64,000 nt of DNA from Candidatus Helarchaeota archaeon (GTDB lineage Archaea > Asgardarchaeota > Lokiarchaeia > Helarchaeales > RDOG01): the NCBI GenBank assembly GCA_019058315.1, contig JAHPZH010000001.1, positions 1,420,685 through 1,484,684 on the forward strand, in the 5' to 3' direction. The translations under genes were made by a program, and so were the position numbers. Positions 49,797 through 59,646 of the stretch are shown here, piece by piece (the stretch's first letter is position 1; each line of letters starts with the position of its first letter). The notes under the pieces were generated by a model. That model did not search any database. It was not told the DNA's origin and was given only the letters and a program-made list of their open reading frames with translations.

Positions 49797-50372
49797 ATGG
49801 AAGATCTTAAAAAAATGGTAAAAGGACTTGAAGGCGCAGATGCTGCTAAATTAAAAGAAGATATACCAAAAATAATGGCAAAAATTAAAGAAGTTGGTTT
49901 CATTAAAGTAGTACAGGATGAAGAACTCAAAGAATTTATGCCTAAAATGAGAGAACAAATGGCTAATGTTGATATAGAAGAACTCGTTCCCCTAGCTAAA
50001 GTGGTTATGCCAACCTTTTTTGAAGGAATGGCAGAATTAATTGCTGCCTCTGAAGATGCACAAGAAGAACTGGAAGATATGGATGACATGGCAATGCAAA
50101 TGCAAGTTCCAGATTTAGATGTCTATATGTACATGAAAATTGCTGATGGAAAATTCTCTGCTGGAGCAGGAAAGACTGATGATCCTGATTTAACAATAAC
50201 AATAAACAAAGATACCTTTTTGAAACAGATGCAAGGCGAAAGCGACATGATGAGTGCATACATGTCGGGAGAAATCAAAATGGAGGGAGAAATGGCAAAA
50301 GCGATGGCATTACGACCTCTTTTTGAAGTCTTAGCTGATGAATACGGTTTTGAAGCAGGTTTGGGCGGATAA
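49797..50372 (+). CDS. SCP2 sterol/lipid-binding domain protein with helical N-terminal extension
   Basis: IADGK..AG...DPDLTITI...MSAYMSGEIKMEGEM; AAGGTGA SD. Confidence 0.9.
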   Translation: MEDLKKMVKGLEGADAAKLKEDIPKIMAKIKEVGFIKVVQDEELKEFMPKMREQMANVDIEELVPLAKVVMPTFFEGMAELIAASEDAQEELEDMDDMAMQMQVPDLDVYMYMKIADGKFSAGAGKTDDPDLTITINKDTFLKQMQGESDMMSAYMSGEIKMEGEMAKAMALRPLFEVLADEYGFEAGLGG

Positions 50373-50627
50373 AACTTAATTAATTTAACTCTTTTTAATT
50401 TTTTTTTTTAATTTATAATGAATTAAGGACAATTCTTTCCAAAGAATAAATATCTCAAAAAGTAATATTGGATTATGAGATTTTTTCTTATATGTTATAA
50501 ATATATTTGAAAAGTAAATAATGGCGATTATTAAAAGAAGCAGATTTAAAAAAATTTAATTCTTTAAAAATAGAAGAATGATATTAACATAATTATTTTT
50601 AATTTATAAAAACGATGTAGGTTAAGA

Positions 50628-53405
50628 ATGAGTAAAGTAAATTGGCGAGAAATAGAGCTAAAATGGCAGAAGAAGTGGGAAAAGGCTAAAATATTTAAGG
50701 TTGATATTGATAAAAATAAAGAAAAATATTATTGTTTGGAGATGTATCCATATCCCTCAGCTGCGCTCCATATGGGGCATCTTAGGAATTACTCCATAGG
50801 GGATTGCTTTGCAAGATTTAAAAGAATGAAAGGTTTCAACGTAATGTATCCTATGGGCTATGATTCTTTCGGTTTACCTGCTGAAAATGCCGCTATTCAT
50901 CATGGTATTGACCCTGAGAAATGGACAAATGACAATATTGAAGCAATTAAAGCACAACAAAAAAGCATTGGTTTAAGTTATGATTGGGATCGCGAGATAT
51001 ATAGCCATGATGAAAAAAATTATAAGTGGAATCAATGGGTTTTTATAAAATTATTCGAAAAAGGGTTAGCTTATCAAGAAGAATCATATGTAAATTGGTG
51101 TAGCTCTTGTAATACTGTACTAGCTAATGAACAAGTGATAAACGGTAAATGTTGGCGTTGTTCGACACAAGTAAAGCCGAAATTTTTGAAACAATGGTTT
51201 TTAAAAATTAGAAATTATGCAGAAGAACTTTTAAATGAGTTAGATAATTTAGATTGGCCTGAAAAAGTTAAAATTATGCAACGAAATTGGATAGGACGTA
51301 GTGAGGGAACCCAAGTAGAATTTAAAATTGATGGAACTAATGAAATAATCCCGATTTTCACAACTCGCCCAGATACTTTATATGGAGTAACATTTTTTAT
51401 TTTTGCACCTGAACATCCTCTGGTAGAAAAATGGGTAAATGGGACGAAGTATGAGAAAGAATTTAAAAAGTTACTTAAAGAAGTTCAAGAAATTGATCGG
51501 TTTAAAAGGACTGACATTGAGATCGAGAAAAAAGGAATGTTTATTGGTAAATATGCTATAAACCCGATTAATAAAGAGAAAATTCCTGTATATATCGGTA
51601 ATTTTGTTATATACGAATATGGTGCAGGTGCAGTTATGGCGGTTCCTGCCCATGATCAACGTGATTTTGAATTTGCTAAAAAGTTTAATCTTCCTATTCG
51701 TGTTGTTATCCAACCATTTGATTATGAACTACATCCTGATAAGATGAGTAGGGCATATATTGGGGAGGGAAAGCTTGTAAATTCAGAAGAATTTAACCAA
51801 TTAGATAATGAAGTTGCAAAAAAAGAAATATCAAATAAATTGAATAAAATGAAGAAAGGAAGTGCGATTGTTAATTATAGATTAAGAGATTGGTTAATTT
51901 CTAGGCAACGTTATTGGGGTACTCCTATTCCGATAATTTATTGTGATCAATGTGGTGTTGTACCTGTACCTTACGAAAACTTGCCAGTAAAATTACCTAA
52001 AGATGTAAAATTTACGGGATCAGGTAATCCTTTGGAAACATCAGAGGATTTTGTTAATACAATTTGTCCGAAATGTGAAGAACCAGCAAAAAGAGAAACT
52101 GATACAATGGATACATTCATAGATTCTTCATGGTATTTTTTTAGATTCTGCACTCCAAAGTATCATAAAGCAATAGTTGATAAAAAACAAATAGATTATT
52201 GGATGCCAGTTGATCTATATATTGGAGGTATTGAACATGCAATCTTACATCTATTATATGCTCGGTTCTTTACAAAAGTATTACGTGATTTTGGCTTTTT
52301 TAAAGGGAATGAACCGTTTTTAAAATTGCTCACTCAAGGGATGGTTAATAAAGAACACCCTTTTTGTGTTAATTGTAACAAATTTCTACATCAAGGAGAA
52401 TATAAAGAGGAAAAATGTTTAGAGTGCGGAGAATCTTATATAATGAAAAGTACGAAAATGTCAAAAAGTCTAGGAAATGTTGTAGATCCCAATGTAATTA
52501 TTGATTCATATAGTGCAGATATTGCTCGCTTTTTTATTTTGACTACAGCTAATCCTACAAGAGAGCTGGAATGGTCCGATGCAGGAGTAAATAATGTTGC
52601 TAACTTCATAAATAGAGTCTATAATTTATTTTTAGAAGACATTGAAGTAGCCCATGAAAAATCTGAAATCGAAGATGCCTTTATGTTATTCCATTTACAT
52701 AATGGAATTAGAAAAGTAACTGAATCAATAGACGCTTTAAAAATTAGGGATGCAACCAACGTAATTACAGATCTGGTAGAGAAAATTAGAACTTATAAAA
52801 GAGAAGGTGTTAATTTAGAGATATATAATGAATGTATCCATATTTTAAACATAATCCTTACTCCTTTTACACCTCACTTATGCGAAGAAGTTTGGGAGAA
52901 ACGAGGAAAAAAACCATTTGTAAGTCTTGAAAAATGGCCAGAATTTAATGAAAAATACCTCGATCCGGAAATTGAGCAAAAATGGAAGATGTATAATGAT
53001 ATTATAGAGGATATTAAAGAAATTCTGAAGGTAATTAAAATACCTAGCATTTCAACTATCGAAATTTGTGTCGCAGCAAAATGGAAATTTAATCTTTATA
53101 AATTAATTCAAGAGGATATTAAACAAACTATCGAAATGAAAAAAATTATGAAAAAAATAATGAACACTGATTTGAAAAAGAATAATAAAGAAATTGCTAA
53201 ATTAATTCCAAAACTATTAAGTAATCCTGGGAACTTCCCAAACCAAGTGCTGGAATATGACAATGAATTAGATTTTTTCAAACAAATAAAAGAAAATTTA
53301 AAACAAAAATTTCAATGTGAAATAGTTATTAATCAAGAGGAAAAATCGAAAAACTCCAAATCAAAACAAGCACTACCTTCCAAACCTGCTATAGTCATTC
53401 AATAA
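50628..53405 (+). CDS. leuS: Leucine--tRNA ligase (bacterial-type core)
   Basis: EMYPYPS..LHMGH, GLPAENAA, TTRPDT, PAHDQRD, DWLISRQRYWG, KMSKS. Confidence 0.97.
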   Translation: MSKVNWREIELKWQKKWEKAKIFKVDIDKNKEKYYCLEMYPYPSAALHMGHLRNYSIGDCFARFKRMKGFNVMYPMGYDSFGLPAENAAIHHGIDPEKWTNDNIEAIKAQQKSIGLSYDWDREIYSHDEKNYKWNQWVFIKLFEKGLAYQEESYVNWCSSCNTVLANEQVINGKCWRCSTQVKPKFLKQWFLKIRNYAEELLNELDNLDWPEKVKIMQRNWIGRSEGTQVEFKIDGTNEIIPIFTTRPDTLYGVTFFIFAPEHPLVEKWVNGTKYEKEFKKLLKEVQEIDRFKRTDIEIEKKGMFIGKYAINPINKEKIPVYIGNFVIYEYGAGAVMAVPAHDQRDFEFAKKFNLPIRVVIQPFDYELHPDKMSRAYIGEGKLVNSEEFNQLDNEVAKKEISNKLNKMKKGSAIVNYRLRDWLISRQRYWGTPIPIIYCDQCGVVPVPYENLPVKLPKDVKFTGSGNPLETSEDFVNTICPKCEEPAKRETDTMDTFIDSSWYFFRFCTPKYHKAIVDKKQIDYWMPVDLYIGGIEHAILHLLYARFFTKVLRDFGFFKGNEPFLKLLTQGMVNKEHPFCVNCNKFLHQGEYKEEKCLECGESYIMKSTKMSKSLGNVVDPNVIIDSYSADIARFFILTTANPTRELEWSDAGVNNVANFINRVYNLFLEDIEVAHEKSEIEDAFMLFHLHNGIRKVTESIDALKIRDATNVITDLVEKIRTYKREGVNLEIYNECIHILNIILTPFTPHLCEEVWEKRGKKPFVSLEKWPEFNEKYLDPEIEQKWKMYNDIIEDIKEILKVIKIPSISTIEICVAAKWKFNLYKLIQEDIKQTIEMKKIMKKIMNTDLKKNNKEIAKLIPKLLSNPGNFPNQVLEYDNELDFFKQIKENLKQKFQCEIVINQEEKSKNSKSKQALPSKPAIVIQ

Positions 53406-53497
53406 ACTAATCCTATCTAAAAAAATGAAATTTATACTCCCAGTTGCTTATAGCGTAATTGTTTTTTAATTTTTTTGCTTATTCTGATGTTTATCGA

Positions 53498-54313
53498 TTA
53501 GTCAGGCCAATTAATTCTACGTTTGAACCAATCTGGAAAACTAAAAATCACATACATAATAATTATGAAAGATAGATACAAGCTACGCGTTATAATTGGT
53601 AATATTACAAGGGGAATAAAAATGAAAAATTCAAAAATATACCCAAAGGCTATACATAATAAACCAATTCCAAACCAAACAGAGATAGAACTCTGTGGCT
53701 TATTTTCTTTTTGGATTTTTCTAGCAAAATAAAAAAAAACTCCGGGAGGAAATATAGCAGAAGGTATAGCGGTAAGATAAATTAATAATTGAAACACTAA
53801 AGGATATTCGGTGGTTAATAAATAGTAAAAAGATTGGCCTATAACAAGTATTGCTCTAGTATTTCTAGCATCATTAATAACTGCCCAGTATATGACACTC
53901 AAATTAATAATAACAATTGGTATCACAAAAATAAAGATAAAAATTTTAACTCGTTCTGGAAAAGTATTACGAATTGCAAACAAATTAGAACAAACAGCTG
54001 CGGCTACAATACAAGTTGACGCAGTAACTAACGTAATATCTCTAATTCCATATAATCCTAAGTTTAAACTAATGTCTCTGATAACTGTGGAAATGACCCC
54101 AGTGAATAACAATATACCAGCAATGAGAAATATAAAATCTGAAATATCTCCAGTTTTTTTATATTTTTTGAATATTGAATGTAATGTAAAAATTCCAATA
54201 ATTCCACATAAACTCATTAATAGAAATGTAATAATTCCTACTGGATTATTTAAAGTAGAAAATCCCCATAATTTATTTAGCGTAGCATAAAAACCGTAAT
54301 CCCAAGTAGACAT
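53498..54313 (-). CDS. Seven-TM membrane protein of unknown function
   Basis: Seven hydrophobic segments, terminal FPDWFKRR, GAGGT SD. Confidence 0.82.
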   Translation of the reverse strand: MSTWDYGFYATLNKLWGFSTLNNPVGIITFLLMSLCGIIGIFTLHSIFKKYKKTGDISDFIFLIAGILLFTGVISTVIRDISLNLGLYGIRDITLVTASTCIVAAAVCSNLFAIRNTFPERVKIFIFIFVIPIVIINLSVIYWAVINDARNTRAILVIGQSFYYLLTTEYPLVFQLLIYLTAIPSAIFPPGVFFYFARKIQKENKPQSSISVWFGIGLLCIAFGYIFEFFIFIPLVILPIITRSLYLSFIIIMYVIFSFPDWFKRRINWPD

Positions 54314-54573
54314 AATTTTTTACCTCAATCTATTCAAAATTTCAGACTTTTAAATTTTTTTAATCATACATCTTTTTTAAAATTATGTTATTTGTTTTTC
54401 AATAACAATCGTAAAACTTTTTAGAACTTGCAAATAAATGAAGATCTCACTTTTATTAAGCTGAAAACTAAAAATTTTTAATTTTTTCAATATTTTTTAA
54501 ATGATCTGAGATAATAAATTTGCATTTTTGGGAAATTTTTTATATTTTTACTTTGATATAAAATATAATAATT

Positions 54574-55008
54574 TTGGAGATAGAAAATATGAGTTCTGAA
54601 GAAGGATCAATTTCGTACGGAATTGTAACAACTCTAATTGCAGTCTTGCTTATACTGAGGTTTGTGTTTTATTATATGGCAATAGGACAATTTTTAGCTT
54701 CTATCAATGCAGTAAATTGGTCATATTATCCTTTGATTTATGGAAATTATCATGGAACCCTCGATATTTTAATGGGTGTATTCGGATTCATTGGTGGCGG
54801 TGTTTTAATGGCTGAAAGGGGCGGTAGCGGTGGTTTATTTTTGGTAGTTTGGATTTATGCTCTTTGGACATGCATAATTGACTTTTTTGGATTACTTCCT
54901 ATGGCATCATTTTTACCAGGTATTACGCCTGTCTTTGTTGTAAATATTATAACTCTTTGTATCTGTGCTGCTATACTTTTGATTGCTGTGGCTAGAGCTG
55001 GTGAATAA
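54574..55008 (+). CDS. Hypothetical 4-TM membrane protein (probable start ATG 54589)
   Basis: Hydrophobic segments; GGAG SD before MSSEEG. Confidence 0.75.
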   Translation: MEIENMSSEEGSISYGIVTTLIAVLLILRFVFYYMAIGQFLASINAVNWSYYPLIYGNYHGTLDILMGVFGFIGGGVLMAERGGSGGLFLVVWIYALWTCIIDFFGLLPMASFLPGITPVFVVNIITLCICAAILLIAVARAGE

Positions 55009-55112
55009 GGGATTACAAATATAATATCAATACCTAATTTTTCATTTCTATTTTTAATTAAATATCCCAAAATAAATAGGATTAGATTGTTAAATTCTTC
55101 CTTTTTAATAAG

Positions 55113-55589
55113 TTAATCATCAAAGAAACAGATCATATGCCATAAACGTTTATAGAAATTTACTTTCCAATAAGCAAAATGTGCAGGATTATTAAGATCG
55201 ATCTCTAATTCTGCCATCTTAATATTTTTATCTTTTAATTCATTTAGTATAATATTCCAGCTTTGTTTAAAGACTCCTTTTTGCTGGTACTCTTTAGTGA
55301 TGCTAGCTTCTTGTACTTTCGCAATTTGATTGTAAATAAAGATGGGAGGACGTTCTAAAATCTGGACATAAACATATCCAACTACATTATTATTCTCTTC
55401 AGCTACCCAGATTAAATGGTCCGGTTTATCAAGGATTTCTTTAAGCGAACCATATTTCCATTCGATACATTCATCCTTTGGTTTGGTATCATAATATCTA
55501 TCATCAAAGTTAGAGTTAAAATTGTGCATTTCCCACCATAACTCGGCTATTTGCTGTAAATCGTCTAGTTTTGCATGTCTAATATTCAT
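55113..55589 (-). CDS. GNAT family N-acetyltransferase
   Basis: IRHAKLDDL, VAEENNNVVGY, ITKEYQQKGV. Confidence 0.88.
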   Translation of the reverse strand: MNIRHAKLDDLQQIAELWWEMHNFNSNFDDRYYDTKPKDECIEWKYGSLKEILDKPDHLIWVAEENNNVVGYVYVQILERPPIFIYNQIAKVQEASITKEYQQKGVFKQSWNIILNELKDKNIKMAELEIDLNNPAHFAYWKVNFYKRLWHMICFFDD

Positions 55590-55679
55590 ATAATTATCAC
55601 CAATAGGAGGTTAAATATATTATAAGTTACTTTCTTACTATTAAATTCTTTATCTATTTTTAATAATTTTAGTTAATAA

Positions 55680-56282
55680 TTACCAATTTCTTAATCCTTC
55701 TTTTTCTACATCAATCCCGATTTTTTTTGCTAGATATACTAAATGGCATACAGATTCAGCAACAGTGGTCCACATATATGCTTCTTCAAGGCTTGATCCA
55801 TGTGCGAATGTCCCATGTCCCCGAATAATCATAACTTTATAATCTTGTAATACTCTAGGAACTTTAGTTGCACTTTCATCGCTCGCAGTTGCGACTTCTA
55901 ATTGAATTACTGGTATTTTTTTTGCGATATAAGATCCCTCTAAATCAATAGGAATAATTTCATCATAGAGAAAACTCAAGATAATAGAATATGGAGGATG
56001 GGCATGAATTACTGCGAGAGCCCCTGTATTTAATAATATATTTCTATGAACGGGTAATTCTTTAGAAGCCAAGAGAATTTTACTATCTTCTTTATATAAA
56101 TTGGTTTTAACAATATCATTAGGTTTTAAATCGCCTAACATCGCACCAGTTCGTTTGATATAGATATTATTTCCCCTTTTTAAACTTATATTCCCTCCAT
56201 GAGACGATATCAGACCATGTTCCCTTAAAAATCTTCCATATTTTTTAAATTCCTGATAAATCTCTAAATCTATTTCAGACAT
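55680..56282 (-). CDS. Class II aldolase (archaeal fuculose-1-phosphate aldolase-like)
   Basis: SHGGNIS, ASKELPVH, HAHPP, RGHGTF. Confidence 0.92.
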   Translation of the reverse strand: MSEIDLEIYQEFKKYGRFLREHGLISSHGGNISLKRGNNIYIKRTGAMLGDLKPNDIVKTNLYKEDSKILLASKELPVHRNILLNTGALAVIHAHPPYSIILSFLYDEIIPIDLEGSYIAKKIPVIQLEVATASDESATKVPRVLQDYKVMIIRGHGTFAHGSSLEEAYMWTTVAESVCHLVYLAKKIGIDVEKEGLRNW

Positions 56283-56286
56283 TTAC

Positions 56287-58071
56287 TTATAACTCCTTAA
56301 GTCCTAGTTTTTCCAAAGTGGATTTAAGAGGAACTCCATTTTGGTCCCATCCTCTTGCTATATAATACTCTGAGAGCATCTCATCGAGTTTAACAATTTT
56401 TCCTTTAGATCCTCCTTTTTTTAAGGGTTCTGTTAAAAATCTTTTTGGTAAAGTGTCATCTTTTTTTGTAAATCCTTCCCTAATATTAAAAAGGCGCTCC
56501 AAATTCCAGATACGCTCTCCAATTGTCATTAAATCTTCTGATGAGTATTTAATTCCGGTAACTGCAGTTAATAACCGTGAATAAAAATCTTCAGATATTG
56601 CGAAAGCAGTAAATTTACAAATTATTATAGAATCTAGCATAGCGTTAATATTTTGAGTTCGAATAACTAAATCAGGTTTATTATAACTTTGAAATCGATC
56701 AAATAAAGTCGGGACACCAAGTAGCTCAGGACCAATAATATATGCCCTTAAATGACATCCACCACGATTGGAAGTTGCATACGCTAAACCTTGTCCCTGT
56801 GCTCCTCGGGGATCATAAGCAGGTAATTCCAATCCTTTAACTTGCATCGCAAATTCAGGATGGTTTTTGGATTCAGCTAAAAATTTAGAACCTTCTGCAA
56901 GCTCATTACCGATTCCTTTCCTATATGTTATATCCTCGATTAGTGAGCCTAATTTATCCACTTCACCAAAGGAAGGTGCTTCATTATAATATCCTTTTTC
57001 TTTTAATTCCATTGCACATCCAATAGTAACACCTGTTGAAATTGTATCAATTCCTAATTCATTACATCTATAATTTGCTTCAGTAATTTTTTTTAGATCA
57101 AAAATTCCAAGTTCTGGACCAAGAGCCCACACTGTTTCATATTCAGGCCCTTTGCCTGTTTTACCATTGACTTCGGTTAATCGCCCACATGCAATTGGAC
57201 ATTTATAACATCCCGATTTTCTAACTAAAATATTTTCTTTAATACTTTCCCCCGAGACTTTATCTGCTAGATCAGAATATCCCTCTTGAAAATTTCTAAT
57301 AGGAAATAATCCAAATTCATTAATAATATTGACTAATACAGCAGTCCCAAACATTGGAAGAGATCTTCCTGTTATAGTTATTGCATCAAGCCATTTTTTG
57401 GTTTCATCTAGATAGAAATCTAACTTTTTCTTATCAGCTATTTTTACTTCCTTATTACCATTTACAACTATAGCCTTAATTTTCTTTGAGCCCATAACGG
57501 CTCCAAGACCTCCTCTACCCAATGCTCGGTTTTTATCATTCATTATAGATGCGAACTTTACTAAATTTTCTCCAGCAGGACCTATACAGAGAATTTTAGA
57601 ATTTTTTCCATGAATTTCCTGTAAATTATTAGTTGTTTCATGTGTATTCAATCCCCATATTTTTTGAGCATCTTCAATTTTTACTTCATTCTCATCTATA
57701 TAAAGATAGATTGGAGATTTCGCAGCACCTGCCAAGATTAAACTGTCGTAACCACATTTTTTGAACGTCGCCCCCCAAATTCCGCCAGAATTTGCATCAC
57801 AAATAGTTCCAGTTAAAGGAGATTTCGATAACGCAGAAAATCTACCACTAGTATATACTGGTGTCGCTGTGATTGGGCCTGTAGCAAATATAATTTGATT
57901 TTTTGATGATAGCGGATCAATTTTTGGTGGAATTGCATCAAAATAAAGTTTTACAGCTAAACCGCGTCCACCAAGATAATTTAATGCGATTTCTTCATCA
58001 ATTTCCGAAATTTTATCCTTTTGATTATCTAGATTCACAGATAATATTTTATTTTGCCAGCCAAACTGCAA
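56287..58071 (-). CDS. aor: Aldehyde:ferredoxin oxidoreductase (tungsten AOR family)
   Basis: KSPLTG, GRGGLGAVMGSK, CYKCPIAC, GPEYET, DTIS, RGGCH, DDTLP. Confidence 0.95.
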   Translation of the reverse strand: MQFGWQNKILSVNLDNQKDKISEIDEEIALNYLGGRGLAVKLYFDAIPPKIDPLSSKNQIIFATGPITATPVYTSGRFSALSKSPLTGTICDANSGGIWGATFKKCGYDSLILAGAAKSPIYLYIDENEVKIEDAQKIWGLNTHETTNNLQEIHGKNSKILCIGPAGENLVKFASIMNDKNRALGRGGLGAVMGSKKIKAIVVNGNKEVKIADKKKLDFYLDETKKWLDAITITGRSLPMFGTAVLVNIINEFGLFPIRNFQEGYSDLADKVSGESIKENILVRKSGCYKCPIACGRLTEVNGKTGKGPEYETVWALGPELGIFDLKKITEANYRCNELGIDTISTGVTIGCAMELKEKGYYNEAPSFGEVDKLGSLIEDITYRKGIGNELAEGSKFLAESKNHPEFAMQVKGLELPAYDPRGAQGQGLAYATSNRGGCHLRAYIIGPELLGVPTLFDRFQSYNKPDLVIRTQNINAMLDSIIICKFTAFAISEDFYSRLLTAVTGIKYSSEDLMTIGERIWNLERLFNIREGFTKKDDTLPKRFLTEPLKKGGSKGKIVKLDEMLSEYYIARGWDQNGVPLKSTLEKLGLKEL

Positions 58072-58183
58072 TATTAGTACTCACCTAATTGTTTGATATG
58101 AGTCACAATAAGTCATTATTATAAGAAGAAGTAAAATCATTAATTATTATTATTTCTAATAAAAATATAAGAGGGATTCTATA

Positions 58184-59470
58184 TTGACACAACACACCTT
58201 TGGTGAAATTTCAGACGATATTCCTACAAAATTTCATCTTCCATTAGGTACTAATATTTGGAAGATGTTTAAAGAAACTGGTTGGGAATGGCTTAAATAT
58301 TTCTTCACTGAATTTGGAAAAAGTATCTACGATTTATCAACAATTAGGTTAAATGAATCTATTCATACTGCTCAAGAAGTCATAAATGGTAATATACCAG
58401 AATGGCAAGCAAATAAAACCTTAACATTCGCCTTCTTTCCGGTAGTTTTGGCAATTAGAAGTGATCTTCAACAAGGGATCATGAAATTACTCTTTGGTGA
58501 AAGTGCTGATACGACATTTCTATTTATTCACGATTTTGAAGATAGTCAATGTTTATTTGCTCTGAATACACATTTAGAGAATGGTATTCCTGTAGATTGG
58601 TGGGTTATAAATAAAGAAGATGAATTTTTTGATCGTAGACATATGAAACTTGGGATCAAATTGAGAGATATTCCAAGAAAAAGTAAAAACTTGGACCAAG
58701 CGGCAGATAGAATTATCGCAACACTCCGCGATGCTAGAAATGAGAGAACACCACAATGGTCCAATAGTCAATACAATATAGTCGTTACTTGGGCTTCAGC
58801 TGGACTTAATATGGTACTTGAGAGTTCATCCTACGAAGTTCTTAACTTTATGTTTGATGGTATGGTTTCAAAATCTACCTACAAGCTTAATGATTATTAT
58901 TTTAACTGGTGGCCACCACCTCCTATGGTCGGGAGTTATAAATATGCGCCAGAGTCGTTTAGGAAGCGTTTCATGGATATGATGGGAGGTCTCTTCACAG
59001 AACATCGATTATATATTCACCCTATTGAAGAAGAGGCACGTCCCAAGATTGAAGAGCTAGTTCCAGAATGCATTGATTTCATCCAAAGTAAATGGGAGGG
59101 TGATGGAATGTTAATGCCGTATCAATCATATGAACGAGTTGTTCCAAAAATAAAGAATAAAAAAACTTTCAAACTTGCAGTTAAAAATCCTGAAATACTC
59201 GAAACCAAATTCCCAGATGATCCTCAATCAAGATTTAAATTAGAAGATCTTGATTTAACATTTGAAGAAGCACTTGATGGCCTTTATTTGGATTTAACAA
59301 TCGATTCAAGGAAGTCGGACGTATCTCCAGAAAGTATCATAAGCAAAAAACATGGCAGAAGGACCGTCTTTGTAATGGAGGAATATACGGAAGAATCCAA
59401 GAAAAAAGTAAAAGAAAGAGGTTCTTTTCAGACAACTCTGAGCGAAATAGAGAAATATAGATCAGACTAG
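58184..59470 (+). CDS. Uncharacterised conserved protein, 'RNERTPQW' family copy 3
   Basis: IRSDLQQG, NTHLENGIPVDWW, RRHMKLG, DARNERTPQW. Confidence 0.9.
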   Translation: MTQHTFGEISDDIPTKFHLPLGTNIWKMFKETGWEWLKYFFTEFGKSIYDLSTIRLNESIHTAQEVINGNIPEWQANKTLTFAFFPVVLAIRSDLQQGIMKLLFGESADTTFLFIHDFEDSQCLFALNTHLENGIPVDWWVINKEDEFFDRRHMKLGIKLRDIPRKSKNLDQAADRIIATLRDARNERTPQWSNSQYNIVVTWASAGLNMVLESSSYEVLNFMFDGMVSKSTYKLNDYYFNWWPPPPMVGSYKYAPESFRKRFMDMMGGLFTEHRLYIHPIEEEARPKIEELVPECIDFIQSKWEGDGMLMPYQSYERVVPKIKNKKTFKLAVKNPEILETKFPDDPQSRFKLEDLDLTFEEALDGLYLDLTIDSRKSDVSPESIISKKHGRRTVFVMEEYTEESKKKVKERGSFQTTLSEIEKYRSD

Positions 59471-59646
59471 ATTAGAAAATCCTTATGTTTTTTTTTCTTT
59501 TTAAAGTTAGAATGCTATTTTTGAGAGATTGAATATTATTTTGAATGCCAAACTAGATATATAAACTAAAAAAAGGGTAATAATAAATAAATGATTTAAC
59601 ATGTTTTCCTTATTCTTTTAAATGGTTTTAATTTAGATGATTAGAA

